A stretch of 64,000 bases of DNA from Heptranchias perlo (lineage: Eukaryota), in contig NC_090338.1 of NCBI RefSeq assembly GCF_035084215.1, positions 37,572,001-37,636,000 of the forward strand, written 5' to 3'. Below are positions 1 to 9,868 of this stretch, piece by piece. The translations under genes and the position numbers were made by a program. How positions within the stretch are numbered: position 1 is the stretch's first letter; the number at the start of each line of letters is the position of its first letter. The notes under the pieces are model-generated. The model was not told the origin of the DNA. It worked only from the letters and a program-made list of their open reading frames with translations, and ran no database searches.

Positions 1-204
1 GGGGGAAAAAGGCCTTGAATACTGGTATCAAATCGGGTGGGGTTGGTGCCCTTCATAGTCAGTGGGTGGGGGAAAGTGTATTTGTCTTGAGTGAACCTCC
101 AAAAAGCAACCCCCATATTTCACACACCTTTTTAATTACTTTCAACTACTATATGCACCCGAAAGAGGTTGGACATTTATTGATTATATTTTCTAAACTC
201 CTTA

Positions 205-1026
205 CAACAACAATAACTTGCATTCATATAGTGCCTTTAACATAGTAAAACATCCAAAGGCGCTTCACAGGAGCGTTATCAAACAAAATTTGACATAAAG
301 CCACATAAGGAGGTTTTTAGGACAGGTGACCAAAAGCTTGATCAAAGAGGTAGTTTTAAGGAGCATCTTAAAGGAGGAGATGGAGGTAGAGAGGTGGAGA
401 GGTTTAGGGAAGGAATTACAGAGCTTAGGGCCTAGGCAGCTGAAGGCACGGCCGTCAATGGTGGAGCGATTAAAATCATGGATGCGCAAGAGGCAAGAAT
501 TGGAAGAACACAGAGATGTCGGAAGGTTATAGGGCCAGAGGAGGTTACAGAGATAGGGAGGGGAGAGACCTTGGAGGGATTTGAAAACAAAGATGAGAAT
601 TTTAAAATCAAAGCGTTCCTGGACCCGAAGCCAATGTAGGTCAGCGAACACAGGGGTGATGAGAGAACGTGACTTGGTGTGAGTTAGGATACGGGCCGCA
701 GAGTATTAGATGAGCTTAAGTTTATGGAGGGTGGAAGATGGGAGGACAGCCTGGAGACCATTGAAATAGTCCAGTCTGGAGGCAACAAAGGCATGAATGA
801 GAGTTTCAGCAGCAGATGAGCTGAGGCAGGGGCAGGGACAGGCGATGTTATGGAGGTGGAAGTAGATGGCCTTGGTGATGGAGCGGATGAGTGGTCGAAA
901 GTTCATCTCAGGGTCAAATAGAACGCCAAGGTTGCGAACGGTCTGGTTCAGACTCAGAGAGTGGCCAAGGAGAGGGATGGAGTCGGTGGCTAGGGAACAG
1001 AGTTTGCGGCGGGGACCAAAGACAAT
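205..1026 (-). mobile_element. L2-clade LINE, 3' portion (left part, split by Harbinger)
   Basis: Minus ORFs 265..651 and 706..1032 resemble the L2 ORF2 C-terminus (VRNLGVLFDPEMNF, ETLIHAFVASRLDYFN, LHWLRVQERFDFKIL). Short (ACA/ATA)n tail near 205-215. Sequence resumes at 10408. Confidence 0.9.
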
Positions 1027-1291
1027 AGGCACGATTTTAAAAGGTCGGCGGGATGGCAGCAGGGGGGGCGGGGGTGAACGTGCATGCGGGTAACCCGAAT
1101 AATAAAAACTTACCGTTCCTCACAAGATTGCAACTTAATTGGTGGCCATAATTCTTGTTTCCGAATTTGCCATCCAAAAGCTGTGCAGTGGGCGGACTGC
1201 AAACCGCATCACGTGCTTACAGCAGGAACGTCTAGATTTAAAGGTAAGGAATCTTACAACACCAGGTTATAGTCCAACAAATTTATTTTAA

Positions 1292-1332
1292 AATCACAAG
1301 CTTTCGGAGATTATCTCCTTCGTCAGATGATT
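1292..1332 (-). ncRNA. Minimal hammerhead ribozyme, mirror copy
   Basis: Exact reverse complement of 5374-5414 in the left palindrome arm. Confidence 0.8.
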
Positions 1333-1564
1333 GAATGAAAAGGTTCTCAAATCGCATATCTTATACAATGTTGGGACAGCATCACACCAATCAAAAGGTG
1401 TCGTTGTTATTCAAACAGGCCAGTCACGGAGAACAGAACGTCCCAGTACACTCGATATACATTGTGTCTTTTACACAGGCAAGCAGAAAGAAACTTAAAA
1501 TGGCAGAGAGAGAGAGAGAATTTTAAAAAACATATAAATTTTTTCCCCCTTTTTGCTGGTGGGG

Positions 1565-3373
1565 TTACGTGTAGCGTGACATGAACCCAAGATCCCGGTT
1601 GAGGCCGTCCTCATGGGTGCGGAACTTGGCTATCAACTTCTGCTCGACGATTTTGCGTTGTCGTGTGTCTCGAAGGCCGCCTTGGAGAACGCTTACCCGA
1701 AGATCGGTGGCTGAATGTCCTTGACTGCTAAAGTGTTCCCCGACTGGGAGGGAACCCTCCTGTTTGGCGATTGTTGCGCGGTGTCCGTTCATCCGTTGTC
1801 GCAGCGTCTGCATGGTCTCGCCAATGTACCATGCTCCGGGGCATCCTTTCCTGCAACGTATGAGGTAAACAACGTTGGCCGAGTCACAGGAGTATGAACC
1901 ATGTACCTGGTGGGTGGTGTCCTCTCGTGTGATGGTGGTATCCGTGTCGATGATCTGGCATGTCTTGCAGAGGTTGCCGTGGCAGGGTTGTGTGGTGTCG
2001 TGGACGCTGTTCTCATGAAAACTGGGTAACTTGCTGCGAACGATGGTCTGTTTGAGGTTGGGTGGCTGTTTAAAGGCGAGCAGTGGAGGCGTGGGGATGG
2101 CCTTAGCGAGGTGTTCGTCGTCATCGATGACATGTTGAAGGCTGCGGAGAACATGGTGTAGTTTCTCCGCTCCAGGGAAGTACTGGACGACGAAGGGTAC
2201 TCTGTTGGTTGCGTCCCGTGTTTGTCTTCTGAGGAGGTCTATGCGATTCTTCGCTGTGGCCCGTCGGAACTGTCGATCGACAAGTCGAGCGTCATATCCC
2301 GTTCTTACGAGGGCGTCTTTCAGCGTCTGTAGGTGTCCATCGCGTTCCTCCTCGTCTGAGCAGATCCTGTGTATTCGTAGGGCCTGTCCATAGGGGATGG
2401 CCTCTTTGACGTGGTTGGGGTGGAAGCTGGAAAAGTGGAGCATCGTGAGGTTGTCCGTGGGCTTGCGGTAGAGTGAGGTGCTGAGGTGCCCGTCTTTGAT
2501 GGAGATTTGTGTGTCCAAGAAAGAAACCGATTCTGAGGAGTAGTCCATGGTGAGTTTGATGGTGGGATGGAACTTGTTGATGTTATCGTGTAGTCTCTTC
2601 AGTGATTCTTCGCCGTGGGTCCATAGGAAGAAAATGTCGTCGATGTATCTGGTGTATAGTGTTGGTTGGAGGTCCTGTGCAGTGAAGAAGTCGTGCTCGA
2701 ACTTGTGCATGAAAATGTTGGCGTATTGGGGTGCGAATTTGGTCCCCATGGCTGTTCCGTGTGTTTGGGTAAAGAACTGGTTATTGAAGGTGAAGACATT
2801 GTGATCCAGGATGAAGCGGATGAGTTGTAGGATGGCGTCTGGAGATTGGCTGTTGTTGGTGTTGAGTACTGAGGCTGTTGCAGCGATGCCGTCATCGTGG
2901 GGGATACTGGTGTATAGTGCCGAGACGTCCATCGTGGTGAGAAGTGTTCCTGGTTCAACTGGTCCGTGGGTGCTGAGTTTTTGTAGGAAGTCTGTAGTGT
3001 CGCGACAGAAGCTGGGGGTTCCCTGTACAATGGGTTTCAGGATGCCCTCGACGTATCCAGAGAGGTTCTCACACAGGGTTCCATTGCCTGATACGATAGG
3101 ACGTCCGGGTGTGTTGGCTTTGTGTATCTTTGGGAGGCAGTAGAAGTCTCCCACGCGGGGAGTACGTGGGATGAGAGTGCGTAGGATGCTTTGAAGGTCT
3201 GGATCGAAGGTCTTGATCAGTTTGTTGAGCTGGTGGGTGTGTTCTTTGGTCGGATCTGCGGGTAACCGTCTGTAGTGTTCCTGGTTGTCCAGTTGTCGGT
3301 ATGCTTCTTTGCAATAGTCCGTTCTGTTCTGTATGTACATCAAACCAGCGGACAAAGGAGGAGCCATTGTCAT
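1565..3373 (-). CDS. Mirror copy of the Penelope-like RT/GIY-YIG ORF (602 aa)
   Basis: Identical to the + ORF from IQNRTDY onward. The first 13 aa come from the antisense of the central loop region. Confidence 0.9.
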   Translation of the reverse strand: MTMAPPLSAGLMYIQNRTDYCKEAYRQLDNQEHYRRLPADPTKEHTHQLNKLIKTFDPDLQSILRTLIPRTPRVGDFYCLPKIHKANTPGRPIVSGNGTLCENLSGYVEGILKPIVQGTPSFCRDTTDFLQKLSTHGPVEPGTLLTTMDVSALYTSIPHDDGIAATASVLNTNNSQSPDAILQLIRFILDHNVFTFNNQFFTQTHGTAMGTKFAPQYANIFMHKFEHDFFTAQDLQPTLYTRYIDDIFFLWTHGEESLKRLHDNINKFHPTIKLTMDYSSESVSFLDTQISIKDGHLSTSLYRKPTDNLTMLHFSSFHPNHVKEAIPYGQALRIHRICSDEEERDGHLQTLKDALVRTGYDARLVDRQFRRATAKNRIDLLRRQTRDATNRVPFVVQYFPGAEKLHHVLRSLQHVIDDDEHLAKAIPTPPLLAFKQPPNLKQTIVRSKLPSFHENSVHDTTQPCHGNLCKTCQIIDTDTTITREDTTHQVHGSYSCDSANVVYLIRCRKGCPGAWYIGETMQTLRQRMNGHRATIAKQEGSLPVGEHFSSQGHSATDLRVSVLQGGLRDTRQRKIVEQKLIAKFRTHEDGLNRDLGFMSRYT

Positions 3374-5141
3374 ACAGAACAGAACGGACTATTGCAAAGA
3401 AGCATACCGACAACTGGACAACCAGGAACACTACAGACGGTTACCCGCAGATCCGACCAAAGAACACACCCACCAGCTCAACAAACTGATCAAGACCTTC
3501 GATCCAGACCTTCAAAGCATCCTACGCACTCTCATCCCACGTACTCCCCGCGTGGGAGACTTCTACTGCCTCCCAAAGATACACAAAGCCAACACACCCG
3601 GACGTCCTATCGTATCAGGCAATGGAACCCTGTGTGAGAACCTCTCTGGATACGTCGAGGGCATCCTGAAACCCATTGTACAGGGAACCCCCAGCTTCTG
3701 TCGCGACACTACAGACTTCCTACAAAAACTCAGCACCCACGGACCAGTTGAACCAGGAACACTTCTCACCACGATGGACGTCTCGGCACTATACACCAGT
3801 ATCCCCCACGATGACGGCATCGCTGCAACAGCCTCAGTACTCAACACCAACAACAGCCAATCTCCAGACGCCATCCTACAACTCATCCGCTTCATCCTGG
3901 ATCACAATGTCTTCACCTTCAATAACCAGTTCTTTACCCAAACACACGGAACAGCCATGGGGACCAAATTCGCACCCCAATACGCCAACATTTTCATGCA
4001 CAAGTTCGAGCACGACTTCTTCACTGCACAGGACCTCCAACCAACACTATACACCAGATACATCGACGACATTTTCTTCCTATGGACCCACGGCGAAGAA
4101 TCACTGAAGAGACTACACGATAACATCAACAAGTTCCATCCCACCATCAAACTCACCATGGACTACTCCTCAGAATCGGTTTCTTTCTTGGACACACAAA
4201 TCTCCATCAAAGACGGGCACCTCAGCACCTCACTCTACCGCAAGCCCACGGACAACCTCACGATGCTCCACTTTTCCAGCTTCCACCCCAACCACGTCAA
4301 AGAGGCCATCCCCTATGGACAGGCCCTACGAATACACAGGATCTGCTCAGACGAGGAGGAACGCGATGGACACCTACAGACGCTGAAAGACGCCCTCGTA
4401 AGAACGGGATATGACGCTCGACTTGTCGATCGACAGTTCCGACGGGCCACAGCGAAGAATCGCATAGACCTCCTCAGAAGACAAACACGGGACGCAACCA
4501 ACAGAGTACCCTTCGTCGTCCAGTACTTCCCTGGAGCGGAGAAACTACACCATGTTCTCCGCAGCCTTCAACATGTCATCGATGACGACGAACACCTCGC
4601 TAAGGCCATCCCCACGCCTCCACTGCTCGCCTTTAAACAGCCACCCAACCTCAAACAGACCATCGTTCGCAGCAAGTTACCCAGTTTTCATGAGAACAGC
4701 GTCCACGACACCACACAACCCTGCCACGGCAACCTCTGCAAGACATGCCAGATCATCGACACGGATACCACCATCACACGAGAGGACACCACCCACCAGG
4801 TACATGGTTCATACTCCTGTGACTCGGCCAACGTTGTTTACCTCATACGTTGCAGGAAAGGATGCCCCGGAGCATGGTACATTGGCGAGACCATGCAGAC
4901 GCTGCGACAACGGATGAACGGACACCGCGCAACAATCGCCAAACAGGAGGGTTCCCTCCCAGTCGGGGAACACTTTAGCAGTCAAGGACATTCAGCCACC
5001 GATCTTCGGGTAAGCGTTCTCCAAGGCGGCCTTCGAGACACACGACAACGCAAAATCGTCGAGCAGAAGTTGATAGCCAAGTTCCGCACCCATGAGGACG
5101 GCCTCAACCGGGATCTTGGGTTCATGTCACGCTACACGTAA
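3333..5141 (+). CDS. Penelope-like reverse transcriptase + Cys linker + GIY-YIG endonuclease (602 aa, N-terminally truncated)
   Basis: Motifs IKPADKG, YCLPKIHK, GRPIVS, MDVSALYTSIP, GTAMG..FAP.YANIFM and RYIDDIF. Linker CHGNLCKTC. Endonuclease NVVYLIRC..C...YIGET...RQRMNGH...E...GLN. No stops or frameshifts. Confidence 0.95.
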   Translation: MYIKPADKGGAIVIQNRTDYCKEAYRQLDNQEHYRRLPADPTKEHTHQLNKLIKTFDPDLQSILRTLIPRTPRVGDFYCLPKIHKANTPGRPIVSGNGTLCENLSGYVEGILKPIVQGTPSFCRDTTDFLQKLSTHGPVEPGTLLTTMDVSALYTSIPHDDGIAATASVLNTNNSQSPDAILQLIRFILDHNVFTFNNQFFTQTHGTAMGTKFAPQYANIFMHKFEHDFFTAQDLQPTLYTRYIDDIFFLWTHGEESLKRLHDNINKFHPTIKLTMDYSSESVSFLDTQISIKDGHLSTSLYRKPTDNLTMLHFSSFHPNHVKEAIPYGQALRIHRICSDEEERDGHLQTLKDALVRTGYDARLVDRQFRRATAKNRIDLLRRQTRDATNRVPFVVQYFPGAEKLHHVLRSLQHVIDDDEHLAKAIPTPPLLAFKQPPNLKQTIVRSKLPSFHENSVHDTTQPCHGNLCKTCQIIDTDTTITREDTTHQVHGSYSCDSANVVYLIRCRKGCPGAWYIGETMQTLRQRMNGHRATIAKQEGSLPVGEHFSSQGHSATDLRVSVLQGGLRDTRQRKIVEQKLIAKFRTHEDGLNRDLGFMSRYT

Positions 5142-5373
5142 CCCCACCAGCAAAAAGGGGGAAAAAATTTATATGTTTTTTAAAATTCTCTCTCTCTCTC
5201 TGCCATTTTAAGTTTCTTTCTGCTTGCCTGTGTAAAAGACACAATGTATATCGAGTGTACTGGGACGTTCTGTTCTCCGTGACTGGCCTGTTTGAATAAC
5301 AACGACACCTTTTGATTGGTGTGATGCTGTCCCAACATTGTATAAGATATGCGATTTGAGAACCTTTTCATTC

Positions 5374-5414
5374 AATCATCTGACGAAGGAGATAATCTCC
5401 GAAAGCTTGTGATT
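5374..5414 (+). ncRNA. Minimal type I hammerhead ribozyme in PLE 3' UTR (pLTR)
   Basis: AATCAT-CTGACGA-A-GGAGA-TAA-TCTCC-GAAA-GC-TT-GTGATT. Core CUGANGA and GAAA, 5-bp stem II, 6-bp stem I, palindromic AAGCTT in place of stem III. AATAAA at 5419-5424. Confidence 0.8.
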
Positions 5415-5560
5415 TTAAAATAAATTTGTTGGACTATAACCTGGTGTTGTAAGATTCCTTACATTTGTCCACCCCAGTCCATCACCGGCATCTCCACATC
5501 ATAGATTTAAAGGGCCATTGCTTCAGTGGATTTTGCTGAAGCAAGGAGCAAGAAGACCCA

Positions 5561-8301
5561 ATGGAGCAGCACAGGGGCAAGGCTGCTCCAAGATTCAGCA
5601 ATGCCTCACTTGAGGTGCTGCTGGCCGGGGTGAGGAAGAGAAGGGAACTATTTTACCCGGCTGACAGAAAGAAGCGCCCTGCCTCTGCCAAGAAGGCCTG
5701 GCTCGAGGTGGCAGAGGAGGTCACGAGCAGGAGCAATATATCCTGCAGTTGGGTCCAGTGCAGGAAGCGTTTCAATGACCAAACTAGGTCAGCAAAAGTG
5801 AGTACACTTACTGATTCTCCTACATTCTGTGTTGCACATCACTCCCCCCACCCCCACCTCACATCATTCTGCACTGTCAAGACTTCTCCATCATATCACT
5901 CCTCACACCCAGCTAAGGCTCATCCTCAACTTACCTTCACTTCCTGAGCACATCCTCACCTCCCCATTTGTGACCCACCACTACCACTCACCCCAATTCT
6001 GATCCAATGTGATGTCTCTGTCTGATACTCACCCTCTGATGCACCTCTCTCACGGTCAGCCTCACCCAAAGCAATGCATTCATCAGTTGGCCACTTCACC
6101 ATCACTCACTCACATGTCTGTACTTTTTCCCCTTCAAGGAGAAGAGAGCGCAAAATGCACACGATTGGGGGGGGACACAACAAATAGTGGTCCTCACAGA
6201 GGCAGAGGAGGAGGTCCTGGAGATCAGCCACACCCTCAAGTGCCTGTCCGTAGGGGACGCCAAGACTGGCACCCCACAAACGTCTGGTGACACAACTTTA
6301 ACATTCAGTACACACATGAATTGATGTTAATAATGCTTGGCACGTTGAACATCTCAGTATGCTCATCGCAACATGACACATCTGTGACGATGCTTAATAT
6401 TGCCTTCTGTTCTCTTACAGACCTTTCATCGACCACAGTGGTGGCAGAGGGAGATTCCTCAGAGGAGCTCCCGGCCTCTGAGAGCGCACGGTCGTATCTT
6501 CGTGAGCCATCCACCAGCGCAGACACTGACTACTAGGACCCATCGAGTTGTGAATTAGATGAGTTGGCACCTGGTGAGTCACCACACACAAGTGAGCACG
6601 AGCAGGCACTGACGGCAGGGGCAGCTATGGAGAGTGCGCGTCGGTGGGCGCACTCCTCTCCAGGCTGTGCTCAACTGGACACAGATGCTGAACCCCGGAG
6701 GCCATCCTTTAAAAGGAGAATGATTGAGGGGCAGCAGCACATTTGCGAGGTAAAATTGAAGTCAATGGGAATCAGGGGGAAAACTCTCCGGTGGCTGGAG
6801 TCATACCTAGCACAAAGGAAGATGGTAGTGGTTGTTGGAGGCCAATCATCTCAGCCCCAGGACAATGCTGCAGGAGTTCCTCAAGGCAGTGTCCTAGGCC
6901 CAACCATCTTCATCTGCTTCAACATCCAGGGGGTCACCATTGACCAGAAACTTAACTGGACCAGCCATATAAATACTGTGGCTACAAGAGCAGGTCAGAG
7001 GCTGGGTATTCTACGGCAAGTGACTCACCTCCTGACTCCCCAAAGCCTTTCAACCATCTACAAGGCACAAGTCAGGAGTGTGATGGAATACTCTCCACTT
7101 GCCTGGATGAGTGCAGCTCCAACAACACTCAAGAAGCTTGACACCATCCAGGACAAAGCAGCCTGCTTGATTGGCACCCCATCCACCACCCTAAACATTC
7201 ACTCCCTTCACCACCAGTGCACCGTAGCTGCAGTGTGTACCATCCACAGGATGCACTGCAGCAACTCACCAAGGCTTCTTCGACAGCACCTCCCAAACCT
7301 GCGACCTCTACTACCTAGAAGGACAACGGCAGCAGGCACATGGAAACAACACCAACTGCACGTTCCCCTCCAAGTCACACACCATCCCGACTTGGAAATA
7401 TATCGCCATTCCTTCATCGTCGCTGGGTCAAAATCCTGGAACTCCTTTCCTAACAGCACTTTGGGAGAACCTTCACATGGACTGCAGTGGTTCAAGAAGG
7501 CAGCTCACCACCACTTTCTCAAGGGTAATTAGGGATGGGCAATAAATGCTGGCCTCGCCAGCGACGCCCACATCCCATGAACAAATAAAATAAAGGTACT
7601 GCAACAGGTGCCATGCACACCCTCCACAATAGCCCAGAGGATGGAGGAGTCCAACCCCTGCATTAGTGGAATGGTGACACAGGTACCTGAGGGAATCTCT
7701 GAGATAGTCTCACAGGTAACTGCTGAAATGTCTGAGATAGTGTCGCAGGTAACTGCGGGAATGTCTGCAATGGAGAGAAGGCTAACCTCCATTGAGCTCC
7801 AAGCATGGCTCACAAATGAGTCCATTCAGGCCCTGACAAGGGCCGTTCGAACTCAGGGTGAACAACATTCTGCCGCCTTAAACAGGCAGACAGAAACTTT
7901 ACAACTGGGCGTACAAGTCCTCATGTCCACATGTCCTCCAAACTGTTCTCCAGAAGGGTGGTAGGAGTGACATGGGCCTGGTCCAGGAGAGTGATGATGG
8001 TGATAGGGGACATGGAAGTGGGGATGCCACTCAAAACACTCCTACTTCTCACCCGTTGCCCCCCTCTCAACCAGTACCCACAATGCTGCCTCCTCTCCAG
8101 GTGGCCGAGTCTGCCCCTGCACAGGTGCACATGGAGCAGTCTTTAGCAGGGCCCTCACAGGCACCAAAACCCAGAGGGCGTAGGCTGAAAATATCTAAGC
8201 AGTCCAAGCACAGACATGAGCAACCTGCCACTACCTCTGCTGCAGCCACAGGGGACGCATCACGTAGAAGTAGTAGGAAGAGAAAGGTTAAGGTTTTGTG
8301 A
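5561..8301 (+). pseudogene. Harbinger Myb/SANT-like DNA-binding protein gene, 3 exons (5561-5797, 6139-6286, 6421-8301), disrupted
   Basis: APRFSNASLEVLL...AWLEVAEEV...WVQCRKRFND trihelix motif. GT-AG introns with consistent phases (0 then 1). Exon 2 reads EKRAQNA...LTEAEEEVLE. Basic C-terminus RRSSRKRKVKVL. Stop at 6534-6536 and a LINE insertion at 6753. Confidence 0.85.
6753..7593 (+). mobile_element. CR1-group (Crack/Daphne-like) LINE, 5'-truncated and internally deleted
   Basis: RT motif GVPQGSVLGP and C-terminal YKAQVRSVMEYSP. A-rich tail. AGGTA TSD at 6748-6752 and 7594-7598. The Myb frame (HICEV|LQQVP) resumes after it. Confidence 0.85.
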
Positions 8302-8631
8302 TCATGAAGGGTATGGACAAGGGTATCTGACAGACTGTCGTGTTTTTCATTTATATTTGGTTCTTGATAAAGTCACATTAAATTCCATCATTCTCACTAT
8401 TATTGCCACATCTTGTCCATTCTTGACTGCCTTTAGTGATAGCGCCCTTTCATGTGCTTCATCATGAAAGGTGAGACTTGATGCCACCCAGTGGGTGGCT
8501 TTACAATGGGTGTATGTGTAGTTGCAGAACTATTTTGTGCGGGGGGCGGGGCGGGGGGGGTGGTTGGGGGCTGGTGTTGGCGCTGGTCTTTCCAGGTGGT
8601 GTGAGGACTGGACTATTCTCACTTTCTGATC

Positions 8632-9868
8632 TTATGAGAAGCGTTCATATATGAGTGACTCCCTGGCCTCAGGAGCAGCCAGGTGAGCTGTTGCTCTGCT
8701 CATGGGTTCGTCTTCCTTCTCCTCCTCCTGCTGCTGCTGCTCCTCAATGTTCGTTGCAAATGTGGATGCTGGATGAGGGCATAGGGCCTCATTAACCGGT
8801 ACCCCACTCTGTTACGCCATGTTGTGCAGGTCACAATACACTACTATAATTCGACCCACTCTTGCTGGTGTGTATTGAAGCGCTCCCCCAGAACAACCGA
8901 GGCACTAAAACCGTATTTTCAGCGGTCCTATTGCATGTTCAATGACAGACCTGGTGGCGATGTGGCCGTCGTTGTATCGACGCTGTTGCTCGCTGATGGG
9001 GTTCCTCAGAGTTGTCATCAGCCATGTGTGCAGGGGGTATCCCTTGTCCCCGAGGAGCCAGCCCTTAAGGCTGTTGGGCGTGTGGAAGAGGGCCGGGATG
9101 TTGGATTCCCTCAAAATGAATGAATCATGGCATCTGCCAGGGAATCTCACATACAAGTGAAGAAATCCTTTCCTGTGGTCACAAATGAGCTGTGCGTTGA
9201 TGGAGTGATATCCCATTCTGTTGATGAACAGTCCTGGCTCGTGTGGAGGTGCTCGGATTCCTATATACGTGCAATCGATTGCACCCTGCACACATGGGAA
9301 GCCAGCCACAGAGTGGAATCCCACTGCCCTCTCCGTCTGGCTGAAGTCGTCCATGGGGAGTTGATGTATCGTGAGGCCCTGCAAAACAAACCATCAGTGA
9401 CCTGCCTCTTGTACTTGTGGGCAGACGACTGAGAGACCCTGGCGATGTCACCAGTGGCACCCTGGAATGATCCGGAGGCAAAGAAGTTGAGGGCAATGGT
9501 CACTTTAACAATGATAGGTAATAAGATGCAGCCAGGCCCAGCCGAGAGCAGCTCGGTATGAAGAAGGCCACAGATGTCCGCGACCACCTGGCAACTCACT
9601 CTCAGCCTCCGTATGCACTGCTCCTAAGAGAGGCCCGGGAAGCTTTGCCTCACTCTGTAGACCCTCTGATGAGGGCAGTGCCTCCTGCGACATTGGTCCC
9701 TCTGTTGTTTCTCTCTCTGCTCTTGTGCAGGTGCCTGTGTCGCAGCACTGTGTTGTGGAGCTACAGCTGGCGGAAGTGCACGCCGTGCCTGGCGAGGATG
9801 GTGATGTTCCTCATCCCCGGATGTACTGGTGAATACAGCCATTGCGCCACCCCCACCCCCCCCCCCAT
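8632..9868 (-). pseudogene. Harbinger (HARBI1-like) DDE transposase, frameshifted
   Basis: VKVTIALNFFASGSFQ, GAIDCTYI, HSINAQLICD, FPGRCHDSFIL, LLGDKGYPL..WLMT and RSVIEHAIG are spread over shifted frames. Confidence 0.92.

Larger units (their letters stand above)
1244..5501. mobile_element. Penelope-like retroelement (Neptune-type), 5'-truncated, present as a head-to-head fold-back palindrome
   Basis: Arms 1244-3335 and 3371-5462 are reverse complements: ORF coordinates sum to 6706 and translations are identical. 35-bp loop, 39-bp tail 5463-5501. TSD TAGATTTAAAG(G) at 1233-1244 and 5502-5513. Confidence 0.95.

Noticed and set aside
3333-5141. Bacterial retron, group II intron or telomerase RT
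   Set aside because: The C-terminal GIY-YIG domain, Cys linker, DKG motif and pLTR hammerhead identify a Penelope-like element.
1335-5371. Many small paired ORFs within the palindrome
   Set aside because: Alternative-frame or antisense shadows of the PLE ORF and UTR. Useful only as evidence of arm identity.
1244-5462. Palindrome as a sequencing or assembly fold-back artifact
   Set aside because: Both outer flanks are unique and continue the Harbinger. A TSD brackets the unit, and the loop is element sequence rather than adapter. Disfavoured, though only raw reads can exclude it.
8632-9868. Host HARBI1 gene
   Set aside because: Frameshifted, lies within TIRs and a TSD, and has a paralogous decayed copy at 22990-24130. 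It is a transposon copy, not the domesticated gene.
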